Below are positions 27,677-36,971 of a stretch of 40,266 bases of DNA, in pieces (positions within the stretch are counted from its first letter, which is position 1; each line of letters begins with the position of its first letter). The translations under genes and the position numbers were made by a program. The stretch is from IMG/VR virus record IMGVR_UViG_3300032225_000732, positions 1 to 40,266 of that record, one strand, 5' to 3'. The notes below the pieces were generated by a model that ran no database searches, had not been told where the DNA came from, and saw nothing but the letters and a program-made list of their open reading frames with translations. This DNA comes from a virus. Taxonomy: Duplodnaviria > Caudoviricetes.

Positions 27677-27811
27677 CTACTGCGGGAGAACGCGGTCGAT
27701 TGTAATTCGTGCCTGACCGGTTGAATCCACCTTGATCACTTGGTGCTTGCGTGGCTCGTCACCCTTGGGCTTGAGCGCACGACCAACAGCGGTAACGATG
27801 GGGCGGGTCAT
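27677..27811 (-). CDS. Small hypothetical protein (44 aa)
   Basis: MTRPIVTAVGRALKPKGDEPRKHQVIKV..; ATGA overlap. Confidence 0.5.
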   Translation of the reverse strand: MTRPIVTAVGRALKPKGDEPRKHQVIKVDSTGQARITIDRVLPQ

Positions 27812-27963
27812 GCTGCTTCCTCTTCGTCTTCTTCGCCCACGGTCAGGATGTCTAAGGCGATGCGCTGTTGCGTGAGCTGCAACGCGCCAAGCAGTTCGAT
27901 AGCAGTCAGTTCTTCGGCACTGTCAACGATCAGGTCGTCCAGCGCGTCTAGGAAGGCTTCCAT
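27808..27963 (-). CDS. Small acidic protein (51 aa)
   Basis: ATG ends a TCCAATCCAATG motif; MEAFLDALDDL..EEDEEEAA. Confidence 0.65.
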   Translation of the reverse strand: MEAFLDALDDLIVDSAEELTAIELLGALQLTQQRIALDILTVGEEDEEEAA

Positions 27964-27988
27964 TGGATTGGAGTGGTGCGGTAAAAGG

Positions 27989-28858
27989 CTACCGCATGTT
28001 CCGGGGCAAGCGGAAGCCTTTACCGCTAGAAAGCAACGTGTTCTTTTTGCTTTTTGCACTGCGTAAAAATTTGGCTGGATTTGAATAAAAGTCGGTGGCC
28101 CTTCTAGATGTTCCGACTGAAGCTGCTCTGTTTTTTCCTGTATAAGATCTTCGTTCCTGTGTTTTGGCGTAATTAGCGTTTGCTCTGTTTACACGCCTCA
28201 TGGTTGCCACACGCGCCTTGGCAGCTGCGACTGAAGCTTTTTCTTTGGCCTCTTGCTTAGGAGTGCGCTTTGGGCGCGTTGAAGTCATATTGCTTTGCAC
28301 CTGCAATTTTTGAAGCCTTAAACCAGCTGCATTCGGACCAGCTTCTTTAATTTTTGCGTTAAGTGTACGAAGTTTTTGATTTTGAACTTTGCGGATATTT
28401 GCATTTACGATTTGTTGGCCAGTCTTGGGGATTCTTGCCGCCCGTGTTGGCTTAGGTGTTGCTGTCCTGTTTGCCAACTTTGCTGCTGCTCCAGGGTTGC
28501 GCTTAAGACCACCTTTCACACGCATGGCACCGCCAGAAGTAGGCAATCCGCTACGGCGTATGGCTGCTTTGTTGGCAGCATCAGCAGCTCGTGATTTAGC
28601 TGCAGCAGCTTTGCCGCGTGGCGTTTTATAGCCTTGCCCTTCACCACCAAACTTGACTGGCATATTGACGCGACCAGATTCGGCACTTGCTGCAAATGCT
28701 TTGGGTCCAGTTTTGCGGCTTTCTTTGGATGGAATAATGCGCTTTTTTGTTTCGCGTGTCTTACCGCTGGCAGTCTTCAACCGCCCGCCACGAGCTGTAG
28801 CGCCAGTGCCGCCTGATGCAAAGCGGCCTCGGTTGTCGCGGGAGTAACGGCGGGCCAT
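27989..28858 (-). CDS. Highly basic low-complexity protein
   Basis: MARRYSRDNRGRFAS start; K/R/A-rich over 289 aa; between terL and portal. Confidence 0.7.
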   Translation of the reverse strand: MARRYSRDNRGRFASGGTGATARGGRLKTASGKTRETKKRIIPSKESRKTGPKAFAASAESGRVNMPVKFGGEGQGYKTPRGKAAAAKSRAADAANKAAIRRSGLPTSGGAMRVKGGLKRNPGAAAKLANRTATPKPTRAARIPKTGQQIVNANIRKVQNQKLRTLNAKIKEAGPNAAGLRLQKLQVQSNMTSTRPKRTPKQEAKEKASVAAAKARVATMRRVNRANANYAKTQERRSYTGKNRAASVGTSRRATDFYSNPAKFLRSAKSKKNTLLSSGKGFRLPRNMR

Positions 28859-28883
28859 GTACTTACCAGATCATTCGCGCAGT

Positions 28884-30230
28884 CTAATAGAGCCTGATAC
28901 CCGTTCCTCTGCCAGCACCAGCGTGTAGCGGGTTGAACTCACGCCAGATGAGATAACCCAGCGCGTCGTTCATGTGGTCGTAGCCAGCATCTTTGTCGGG
29001 ATCGCCTTTCTCGGTGTAACTCTGAAGCTCAAGGCACTCAATGGTCTTGACGCATGATGCAGCGATCTTGAGTCTTACTTCCCCTTTGCCATTCTCCAGC
29101 AAAGCCTGAACAGCAGCCACCCGATCCCGGACAGGAGGATTAGCCTTAGGTGACTGGTTAGACATGCCATAGCTTTCGAGAATAGCAATATCGGTTTGTG
29201 TTGCGTTTGTGCTGCGGTTGCCGCCGCTGGCGTCTGGGTAAACGTAGATCTTGTGATCTGGGTAGTGGGCCTTGATCTTCTGGGCCAGTGCGTCGGTGTC
29301 ATGGGCACCGCTGATTTCGTCCACCACATATAGGCTTTTGCCAACGCGTACAGCGATCACAGCAGACATGTTGCCCACGTTGAAGTCCACGCCGATCCGC
29401 AACGGTTCGCGGCTGATGTCCGGACAATGTACGGACACATGCTTGGCGCGATCAAAGCGGTCATATACCTGACCTGTTGTCAGGTTGACGAACTCCCCGT
29501 CGAGGTAAGCCTTGAGTAGCTGCGGGTCATAGTTGGCCTGCATCCGCTCGATGAAGTCAGGCGGCAGGTATGGGTTGTCCTGCGTCCGCATCCTGATCAG
29601 CCGCCGATCCTCCCGGCCCTTGCCATCTTCACTGGCGAAGGTCTGCCACATCCAGCGGAAACCTTCCGGCGTTGAGGCGGCTGCAAACTGCCGCACATTG
29701 CCGGAACGCAAGCGGCCAAGGATCTTGGGAAATGCCTTGTTCGCAATGGCTGGGTTCACCGTGTCGATCTCGTCAGCCAGGATCCAGGCGCCGTTAATGC
29801 CGATGATCCGTTGCCAGTTTTCAAAGCTGCGGCACAGGATCTTGGTATCCCCGCCGGGTAGGTGCAGGTTGTACTCAGGCAGCGGGGAAGCGCGGAAAGT
29901 GTACGGGATGTCGTACATCTCAAGGAAGTCATCAAAATCGCTTTGCCAGATATCGCGAATCAGTGGACCCGTGGGCTCCATGACCACGCCGATGAAGCCT
30001 TGGTTGGCCATCGCAAGATGCACAGCCTTGGCGCACAGTGCCCGCGTCTTACCGGCGCCGTAGCCAGCGGACACGCCAAGGATGCTAGTGGTCTGGTCAT
30101 CAACAAATGCAAGCTGCCCAGGGTGGAGGTCGCTACGGATGCGTTGCAGCACGTCATCCATGCCATCGCCAGCTTTGACTAGGAAACCAAGCAAGGGTGA
30201 CGGCTCAACAATGCCGGTGAGCAGGCTCAT
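28884..30230 (-). CDS. terL: Terminase large subunit
   Basis: Walker A AGYGAGKT, Walker B ILADEID, STPEG, nuclease GVDFN..DHMNDALGY. Confidence 0.95.
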   Translation of the reverse strand: MSLLTGIVEPSPLLGFLVKAGDGMDDVLQRIRSDLHPGQLAFVDDQTTSILGVSAGYGAGKTRALCAKAVHLAMANQGFIGVVMEPTGPLIRDIWQSDFDDFLEMYDIPYTFRASPLPEYNLHLPGGDTKILCRSFENWQRIIGINGAWILADEIDTVNPAIANKAFPKILGRLRSGNVRQFAAASTPEGFRWMWQTFASEDGKGREDRRLIRMRTQDNPYLPPDFIERMQANYDPQLLKAYLDGEFVNLTTGQVYDRFDRAKHVSVHCPDISREPLRIGVDFNVGNMSAVIAVRVGKSLYVVDEISGAHDTDALAQKIKAHYPDHKIYVYPDASGGNRSTNATQTDIAILESYGMSNQSPKANPPVRDRVAAVQALLENGKGEVRLKIAASCVKTIECLELQSYTEKGDPDKDAGYDHMNDALGYLIWREFNPLHAGAGRGTGIRLY

Positions 30231-30553
30231 CCGTTCAGGTCAAAGCGAAGCAGCCGGGCCTGAGTTTCCACAGCTTTGATGGCGACGCCGATGTTGCCCC
30301 GCTTCCGAGCTTCACGTTCGCAATCCTGCAAGCGGGAAAGGGCACTAACAAACCATTCATCGCGGTTTTGATCGGCCACCTCTTGCTGAAGTTTTCTAGC
30401 CCTTGCAATGTAATTTTCAGCCTGACGCTCGCTTATATCCCACTCCTCCGCACAGTGACGCACAATTTGCGTGCGGCTATATGCCTGCAAAAGAAGATCG
30501 TAGACCGTATTTACACGGCCATCGACTTCAACGTTGGTTCCTTTCTTTGCCAT
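30227..30553 (-). CDS. terS: Terminase small subunit (HTH)
   Basis: ATGA overlap with terL; HTH-like WDISERQAENYIARA. Confidence 0.7.
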   Translation of the reverse strand: MAKKGTNVEVDGRVNTVYDLLLQAYSRTQIVRHCAEEWDISERQAENYIARARKLQQEVADQNRDEWFVSALSRLQDCEREARKRGNIGVAIKAVETQARLLRFDLNG

Positions 30554-30606
30554 GAATACAGGTTAAGGCATGGCCCGAAAGGACGGCCAAGGGCAGTAAC
30601 CGAGCT

Positions 30607-30792
30607 TTCCCACCTTCCCACCTTCCCACCTTTTGCTTAGGAGCTACCCGCAACCCATGCACGTATCCCCTGTATCCCCTATATACCCTATTACTACTAC
30701 TCTTATATAAAGGTAGGATAGGTAGGAAGGATAGATAAGGCATTGCGCTCACTGGATTTTTGACTTTCCTACCTGTTTTCTGAAGGTAGGAA
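30607..30792. repeat. Iteron-like repeat cluster (putative replication origin)
   Basis: TTCCCACC x3, GTATCCCCT x2, AT-rich core, AGGTAGGA x2, TTCCTACCT/AGGTAGGAA inverted pair. Confidence 0.6.
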
Positions 30793-32883
30793 GAAAACCC
30801 ATTTGAGGCAGCCATCAACGGTGGTGCGTTTTCTGACATATCCGAGGTCGCGGAGGATGTTGCCCACCTGCATCTGGTCAGAGCGGGTCTGGCGCTCGAT
30901 GGGTTTTTGGATCGCTTCGGCCAGCAGGAGGCCCGTGGTGATGACTTTGGGGCGATTGTGAGGCGCTCTAAGCCATGCGTCGATGGGGGCCACCCAGGGC
31001 GACTCCACGAGGTAGGTGGTGTTTTCGGTTTGGACCTGTGACTCCTGGTCAATGGTGAGGATGGAGGTTTCACCGGCGCGGTATGCGGCAACTGCTGCGG
31101 CCCAGATGGCATCGCGTTCAATGAGGAGGTTGGGTACGTCAATGGGGTTCTGAAGGGTGCAGGTGACGGGTATGACCCAGAAGCGTCGGTTGCCGGTTTC
31201 GTCGACCAGAAAGCCGCTATCGCGGTTGGTAGAGCCAACGATGATTCCCCGGCGTGGGAAGGCTTCGGTTGCCTTGCCGTAGGGCACGCGGAAGAGATCG
31301 GTGGATTGAGAGAGGAAGCTTTTTATCTGGCCTGCGTGCTTCTTGCTGACGATGGAGTCCAGCTCGGCCCATTCCATGATCCAACTGCGGTGAAGAACCA
31401 TGAGGTCGTCTTTGCTGCTGATGTCGCGGAGTGCATCGGAGAAGAAGGGGCCACCGATGGCAGACCAGAAAGATGACTTGCGGGCACCTTGGTCACCCAT
31501 TAGGACGCAGGCATGATCGTGTTTGCAGCCGGGTTGAAAGATGCGACGCACTGCTGCGATGAGTGTGCGCTTGATCATGTGGTCGTAAAGGGTGGGTTGA
31601 GGTTCGGCGGCGTCTGCTGGGCGTAGGTAGGTAGACGCGAGGCGATCAATGTATGTGGGTTCAACCTGGGCCTCGACGTGTTCGAGGTAAAGACGAACTG
31701 GATCGTATGAATTTTCATGGGCAACTTTTACGAGGCAATCAAGAGCAATATCCTTGGATATTTTGTAACCCATTTCCGACAACTGGAGATAGAAGTGCTC
31801 GATATTTTTCGCTACTTGACCTTGAATTTCAATTTGTTGGGTGAAGATGTTGTAACGAAATTTTGACTCTTCATTGCCTTTTGGACGGAGCATGTCTAGG
31901 AGTTTGTTGGCTTCTAGTTTTTCAAGTTTGAACTTATCATTGTCCTTTTCTTTTGTGGGAGAATTTGTATCGGATGGACGGAGCACCGGCTCAGTTGGTT
32001 TCGACTGGCTGAGTTTTTCCTTTGGCCGCCAACCGTCAAGTTTGGCAAGGTTGCAAAGACGTTTGATGGAACGGTTGCCGCCTGGCTTGAAGGATTTCCA
32101 GTGAGTGTCGCAGGCTTTAGCCTCCCATTTTGGTGACTGCTTTGACCAGTTGTCCCATTCGGTAAGCAAGGAATCGTCTACGGACTGGAGACACTGACCA
32201 ACCTCGATCCACTCGTCGTAGTCATTGGCACGTAATGGGTTGAGAGCGTCCAAGTAGATAAGTGCCCAGTCTTTATCAGTGCGATCGGTGCGGCGTGAGA
32301 TTGGTGCTGGCAGGAGCGGCGTTGGTTCTGGTGTGGGCAGTTGGAGCATCTGCTCAATGAGCGCGAGCGGTGCCTCGGCCAGTGGGAGGTCAGTTGGTGC
32401 GCGACCTTTTAGCCAGCGGTAGGAGCCAGTGAGCGGATGGCTACCTGCGACAACGGATTGACAGCCGGTCCAACGGAGTTCGAGTTGTTCGACGTTGCCG
32501 TCTTCATCGTATTTGCCGGACTTTATCTTGCGTGTCTTGATCTGGTCCCAGTATTGGTCTGGGACGGTGTAAATGATTTGGAAGCGACCATTACGGCCAG
32601 AGGTAACGGCCCAGGATTTGGGGAGGTCACGGCTTGGAGTGCCGATGGATTCGAGGACCTCACCGGCTGAGATGCCGTCGTGATCGACAAAGAGAAGGCC
32701 GCCGGATTGTGGACCAGCGATGACGCCAATGGCATGGGCACGACCGGCTTCGATCTCAGCGGTGAGTTGCTGCTGGGTAAGTGGGTTGTCCTGCCACTTG
32801 GGTTGGTAGGGGCGTTTGGCGTGACCGACGGCTACGTAAGCCCAGGTTGATGGCAGGGCGTTTAGTTGATCTATGAGGCTCAT
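30769..32883 (-). CDS. Bifunctional primase-polymerase + PriCT + VirE-type helicase
   Basis: LLFVDHDG..TSGRNGR..QSVVAGSHP (Prim-Pol); YDEWIEVG..WDNWS (PriCT-2); GDQGARKSS, WAELD, GSTN..DETGNRRFW (VirE). Confidence 0.9.
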   Translation of the reverse strand: MSLIDQLNALPSTWAYVAVGHAKRPYQPKWQDNPLTQQQLTAEIEAGRAHAIGVIAGPQSGGLLFVDHDGISAGEVLESIGTPSRDLPKSWAVTSGRNGRFQIIYTVPDQYWDQIKTRKIKSGKYDEDGNVEQLELRWTGCQSVVAGSHPLTGSYRWLKGRAPTDLPLAEAPLALIEQMLQLPTPEPTPLLPAPISRRTDRTDKDWALIYLDALNPLRANDYDEWIEVGQCLQSVDDSLLTEWDNWSKQSPKWEAKACDTHWKSFKPGGNRSIKRLCNLAKLDGWRPKEKLSQSKPTEPVLRPSDTNSPTKEKDNDKFKLEKLEANKLLDMLRPKGNEESKFRYNIFTQQIEIQGQVAKNIEHFYLQLSEMGYKISKDIALDCLVKVAHENSYDPVRLYLEHVEAQVEPTYIDRLASTYLRPADAAEPQPTLYDHMIKRTLIAAVRRIFQPGCKHDHACVLMGDQGARKSSFWSAIGGPFFSDALRDISSKDDLMVLHRSWIMEWAELDSIVSKKHAGQIKSFLSQSTDLFRVPYGKATEAFPRRGIIVGSTNRDSGFLVDETGNRRFWVIPVTCTLQNPIDVPNLLIERDAIWAAAVAAYRAGETSILTIDQESQVQTENTTYLVESPWVAPIDAWLRAPHNRPKVITTGLLLAEAIQKPIERQTRSDQMQVGNILRDLGYVRKRTTVDGCLKWVFFLPSENR

Positions 32884-33122
32884 GGTTTGATTGTTTCGAC
32901 ATTGAAGCCGAGGAGGGAAAGTTCCGCGTGGCGGTATGTCTGGATCTGGGAGAGGCGGCCATCTGAGGCTTTGACTTCGACGAGCTTGAGTTCGTCGGGC
33001 TTTAGGAGCATGAGGTCCGGCCAGCCGGGTTTATTGCATTGGATGACTTTGAGCACGTACCAACCTTCAGCTTCGTACTGCTTGATCAGCTTCTTTTGAA
33101 AGGATGCCTCGGTCTGCCGCAT
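32880..33122 (-). CDS. VRR-NUC domain nuclease
   Basis: EASFQKKL..GWPDLML..VEVKA..GRLSQIQ; start taken at ATG 33122. Confidence 0.82.
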   Translation of the reverse strand: MRQTEASFQKKLIKQYEAEGWYVLKVIQCNKPGWPDLMLLKPDELKLVEVKASDGRLSQIQTYRHAELSLLGFNVETIKP

Positions 33123-34332
33123 AGTGCGCAGTGGTGTAATTTTGCTTATTGCGGACCTGAGCGTAGACCCGTGGCTCGATGCCGCGTGCAGCAAAAATGA
33201 AATGGACACGGTTGGCGCGATCACGACCGAGGTAGCTGGCGCGGTCCCGGCCTTGGAGGTAGGACAGGGCGGAGTAGTCGATGCCGATAAAGATGAGGTC
33301 ATCGGCGGTGGATAGGTTGACGCCTTCGCGGGATGCCTGGACTTGACCGATGTAGGTGGCGGATGGGTCGGCGTTGAAGGTTTCGGGACTATCGGTGCAT
33401 GTATCGGAAAAGACCTTGCGAAGCATGTCGCCTTCTGCGTTGAAGCAATAGAGGATGGCCAGCTTGTGACCTGCGAAGTGATCGCGGATGTAATGGGCCT
33501 TGGAGCGATCAAAGATTATGGGGCCATGGGCTTCAGTGATGACGGTGCCGGAGTAGATCTGGCGGAGCTTCGACATGGCTTTTGCTCCGGTGTCTGCTAG
33601 GACACTGCGGCAATCTGGGCGACCGATCACACCGTCTTTCATGATGCGGCGGGCAAGGCGATAGGTGCGTGGTTTCATTGGTACTTGGTGGATTTGCTCT
33701 TCGATTTGAGTGGTGAAGCCTGCCTGCTGCTGGGTGATTGTGACGGTGAGCGGCTGGATGTCGGCGAGGATGCGGGCCTCGTCGGCGTTGCTGTAGTCGT
33801 TGACCTGTTGACCGGTGCCGACGTACTTGGTGCCGATGGAAACGTATCCAGCTTTTGCCCAGTCGTAAAAGGTGCGGTAGTTGGACCAGCGGGTTGGGCC
33901 TAGACGGAACTGGTGGTAGAGCTGGCTGTAGGACTCCGGCGATGGTGTGCCGGACATGAGGAGCAAGTACCTGAAATTGATGGATTGTAGATCGTGCCAG
34001 CGTTTAGAGGGTTTGGGATAGGCGCCGACGCTGTGGGCCTCGTCAATGATGAGGAGGTCGTAGTGGCGACCAGCACGCTTAGGCACCTGCTCGTAATTGG
34101 TTACCTCGACTTTGGCGGTAAGGCCGAGGGCGTCACGGTCTGCCTCAATGGAGGCAATGGCCTTTTTCTTGGTGACGATGAGGCAATTGAGCACGCCAAG
34201 GCGGCGGGCACTTTCAAGGGCGGTGAAGGTTTTGCCGGTGCGGACCTCTCCGCGCAGGTAGGCGATGCGGTGCTGGGTGAGGATGGCCACGAGGTCGCAA
34301 GCCGCCTGCTTTTGATAAAGACGAAGTTGCAT
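33067..34332 (-). CDS. Superfamily 2 (DEAH, SNF2-like) helicase
   Basis: LRLYQ, VRTGKT, IIDEAH, MSGTP, EGVNLS, QGRDR motifs. Confidence 0.88.
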   Translation of the reverse strand: MQLRLYQKQAACDLVAILTQHRIAYLRGEVRTGKTFTALESARRLGVLNCLIVTKKKAIASIEADRDALGLTAKVEVTNYEQVPKRAGRHYDLLIIDEAHSVGAYPKPSKRWHDLQSINFRYLLLMSGTPSPESYSQLYHQFRLGPTRWSNYRTFYDWAKAGYVSIGTKYVGTGQQVNDYSNADEARILADIQPLTVTITQQQAGFTTQIEEQIHQVPMKPRTYRLARRIMKDGVIGRPDCRSVLADTGAKAMSKLRQIYSGTVITEAHGPIIFDRSKAHYIRDHFAGHKLAILYCFNAEGDMLRKVFSDTCTDSPETFNADPSATYIGQVQASREGVNLSTADDLIFIGIDYSALSYLQGRDRASYLGRDRANRVHFIFAARGIEPRVYAQVRNKQNYTTAHYAADRGILSKEADQAVRS

Positions 34333-34336
34333 GGGG

Positions 34337-34382
34337 TTGCAATGGGTTGCCTGATGGTATAGGCTTTAGGAGTTCCACGCAA
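34337..34382. promoter_or_regulatory. Overlapping divergent sigma70-type promoters
   Basis: +: TTGCAA(34337-42)-17-TAGGCT(34360-65); -: TTGCGT(34382-77)-17-TACCAT(34359-54). Confidence 0.65.
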
Positions 34383-34388
34383 CCTGCC

Positions 34389-35231
34389 ATGGATAACGCC
34401 ACATACCACGCCCACGCAGCCGTTAGCAAGAGCCACCTTGACTTGGTGGCCAAAAGCCCGCTGCATTACTGGTCCCGGTATCTGGACCCAAACCGCGTGC
34501 CGCAGGAGCCTACTGCCGCAATGGCGATCGGATCTGCTGTGCATACGCACGTCTTAGAGCTTGACCAGTGGGATTCCCAATACGTTGTGGCACCCGCCGG
34601 AATTGATCGGCGCACCAAGGTTGGCAAGGCTGAATGGGACGTATTCCAAACAGCCATCGGCACCCGGACGGTGATCAGCCGCGAGGATGCAGACCTTGTA
34701 ATGCGGATTGGACGATCAGTGCTCAGTCACCCAGCTGCTGCTTATCTGCTTGGCTTACCTGGTAAGGCAGAGACCACGCACATGTGGACCGATGCTGGCA
34801 CTGGCCTTCAATGCAAGTGCCGCCCGGATTGGCTGCTTGATGACGGCAGCATGATCGTCGATCTCAAGACCACCGAGGATGCCAGCGCAAAGGAGTTCCA
34901 GCGGTCAATTGCAAATTGGCGCTACCACGTTCAAGCGAGCTGGTATCTCGACGGTTTACAGCACGCAACGGGCAAACGCCCTGAGCAATTTGTTTTCATT
35001 GCCGTTGAGAAGAAGCCACCGTATGCCTGCGCGGTGTACGTTGCAGACCCGCAGATGATTGAGATTGGAAGGGACACGGCACGCCGCGACCTTGACAAGC
35101 TCAACGTATGCAAGGCTGCCGACTACTGGCCTGGGTATAGCGACTGCATTGAGCAGATCAATCTGCCGCCGTGGATGCTGCCCAAGGTTGATGGAACATT
35201 ACCAACTCCCACCGAGATTGAGATGTACTAA
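34389..35231 (+). CDS. RecE/exonuclease VIII-like PD-(D/E)XK exonuclease
   Basis: YHAH..VSKSHL, GSAVHTHVLE, CKCRPDW..IVDLKTT, YHVQASWY; start taken at ATG 34389. Confidence 0.88.
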   Translation: MDNATYHAHAAVSKSHLDLVAKSPLHYWSRYLDPNRVPQEPTAAMAIGSAVHTHVLELDQWDSQYVVAPAGIDRRTKVGKAEWDVFQTAIGTRTVISREDADLVMRIGRSVLSHPAAAYLLGLPGKAETTHMWTDAGTGLQCKCRPDWLLDDGSMIVDLKTTEDASAKEFQRSIANWRYHVQASWYLDGLQHATGKRPEQFVFIAVEKKPPYACAVYVADPQMIEIGRDTARRDLDKLNVCKAADYWPGYSDCIEQINLPPWMLPKVDGTLPTPTEIEMY

Positions 35232-35818
35232 TGACAAATCATTTACCAATGCCACCATACGATGAATTATCTAAATACTTAAAATATGATCCGCACATTG
35301 GAGTTGGAATTTGGCTTGTAAGGCTAAGCAGCAGGGTACGAACTGAAACAGTTGCGGGAACATTAGCTCCCAGTGGGTATGTACTAATTAAATATAAACA
35401 GAAAATTTATAAAGCCCACCGTTTATTTTGGTTTTTGCAAACTAAACATGATCCCGCGCACTTAACTATTGATCATATTGATAAAAACAAATCAAATAAC
35501 AAATTTTTAAATCTAAGACTTGCAAATAAAAGCCATCAACAACATAATAAATTTAAGCCCCATAATAATGTAAGTGGGGAAAAAGGCGTTTGTTGGCTTA
35601 AAGGTAGACAAAGGTATCAGGCCTATATTAAAATTAATGGAAAACAGACGCATTTAGGCTATTACAAAATTTTTGAACAAGCAGTAGCTGTTCGTCAAGC
35701 CAAGGAGCTTGAACTTTACGGTCAATTCTCACCACTACATCAATTAAACAATGACCAACAACTCATCCTTAACAACAACGACCAACAACTCTGTCTTCTC
35801 GGGCATCAGAGCCTTTGA
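35231..35818 (+). mobile_element. Free-standing HNH-AP2 homing endonuclease gene
   Basis: YKAHRL..TIDHIDKNKSNN..NLRL plus AP2-like GVCW..YQAYI..HLGYY; strongly AT-rich relative to flanks. Confidence 0.85.
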
Positions 35819-36419
35819 AGATGCCCAGCGCATTGCGAAGGCTTTGGCCAGTAGCACGCTGATTCCACCGCAGTTTCAAGGCCAACAGGGTTTTGCAAAC
35901 TGCTTGGTGGCGCTTGAGATTGCAGGACGGATGAACATCAGCCCGTTTCTGTGTATGCAGCATCTGCATATCATCCACGGGCGCCCCAGCTGGAGCAGCG
36001 CTTTTATCATCGCCATGGTCAATGGTTGCGGCCGGTTCACGCCGTTGCGGTTTGAGGTTAGCGGTGAAGGTGACAGCTTAGCTTGCTATGCCGTTGCCAC
36101 TGACATCAAGACCCAGCAGGAGCTGAAGGGACCGACCATCACGATGACGATGGCCAAGAAGGAAGGATGGGCCACAAAAAGTGGATCCAAGTGGATCACG
36201 ATGCCGGAGCTGATGATCAGGTACAGGGCCGCTGCATTCTGGGGTCGTTTGTTTGCTGGTGATCTGCTGGTTGGCCTCCAGACGCAGGAGGAGGTTATCG
36301 ACGTGGAAAGCGTCAAGGTTTCTGTTGGGATTGACGAACTCAACGCAAAGGTTCAGGCTGCACCAGTTGTTGAACCTGAACCGGCCAAGCCGGTTGAGGA
36401 ACCTGATGATCTCTTCTGA
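35751..36419 (+). CDS. RecT-like single-strand annealing protein
   Basis: NCLVALE..MQHLHIIHGRPSWSS, SKWITMPELMIRYRA; paired with RecE-like gene. Confidence 0.75.
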   Translation: MTNNSSLTTTTNNSVFSGIRAFEDAQRIAKALASSTLIPPQFQGQQGFANCLVALEIAGRMNISPFLCMQHLHIIHGRPSWSSAFIIAMVNGCGRFTPLRFEVSGEGDSLACYAVATDIKTQQELKGPTITMTMAKKEGWATKSGSKWITMPELMIRYRAAAFWGRLFAGDLLVGLQTQEEVIDVESVKVSVGIDELNAKVQAAPVVEPEPAKPVEEPDDLF

Positions 36420-36597
36420 ATTTCTGACTGATCTGCAACTTGCTGCGCGGTGGCATCTCCACCGCCAGACGTTGATCAGGTGGCGGTCCAGTAACACTGG
36501 GCCTGCCTTTACCAAGATCAACGGTCGCGTGCTCTATCCCCTGGCCGAGGTGGAGCAATACGAAAAGGCCAACACCATCACACCTGACAACCAATGA
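36406..36597 (+). CDS. Excisionase/MerR-like winged-HTH DNA-binding protein
   Basis: FLTDLQLAARWHLHRQTLIRWR..GPAFTKINGRVLY. Confidence 0.8.
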   Translation: MISSEFLTDLQLAARWHLHRQTLIRWRSSNTGPAFTKINGRVLYPLAEVEQYEKANTITPDNQ

Positions 36598-36971
36598 CTT
36601 TCAAAGCAAACGGCGCACTGTTCAAGAACACACCTGAGAAGCTGCAAGAGCGCTTCAAGGATCGCTACGACCCCAGCCGCAACTACCCAGCGTTTGATGG
36701 CGTCTTCAGCATCAAGGAAGATGACCGGATGGCGTTTGCCAGCTACGTCATGAACGCCAACCCAAATGATCGCGGTGAGATTCCCATCAAGATCAGCGGC
36801 TGGACCAAGCAGGCTGCTAGCGGCCAAAACTACCTGAGCCTTGCCTTCGAGCCTGATTACAAAACCATGAAGGCGATTGAAGAAAAGATGGCAGCGTCTG
36901 GTGCAGCTGACAGCTTGGCCAAGGCAACGGGTGGTGCTGTGGTTGAGATTACCGAGGTTGATCTGTTCTAA
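36594..36971 (+). CDS. Putative ssDNA-binding protein (DUF736-like)
   Basis: GALFKN..PAFDG..ISGWTK..NYLSL; acidic C-terminus EVDLF. Confidence 0.6.
   Translation: MTFKANGALFKNTPEKLQERFKDRYDPSRNYPAFDGVFSIKEDDRMAFASYVMNANPNDRGEIPIKISGWTKQAASGQNYLSLAFEPDYKTMKAIEEKMAASGAADSLAKATGGAVVEITEVDLF

Noticed and set aside
30528-31238. 236-aa minus-strand ORF crossing the repeat region
   Set aside because: Pro/Ser-rich off-frame translation overlapping the primase-helicase and the iteron cluster
33123-33512. N-terminal extension of the VRR-NUC ORF
   Set aside because: Off-frame overlap with the helicase; the domain begins at ATG 33122
36406-36597. Excisionase implying a temperate lifestyle
   Set aside because: No integrase, att site or CI-like repressor recognised; this HTH family is also common in lytic phages
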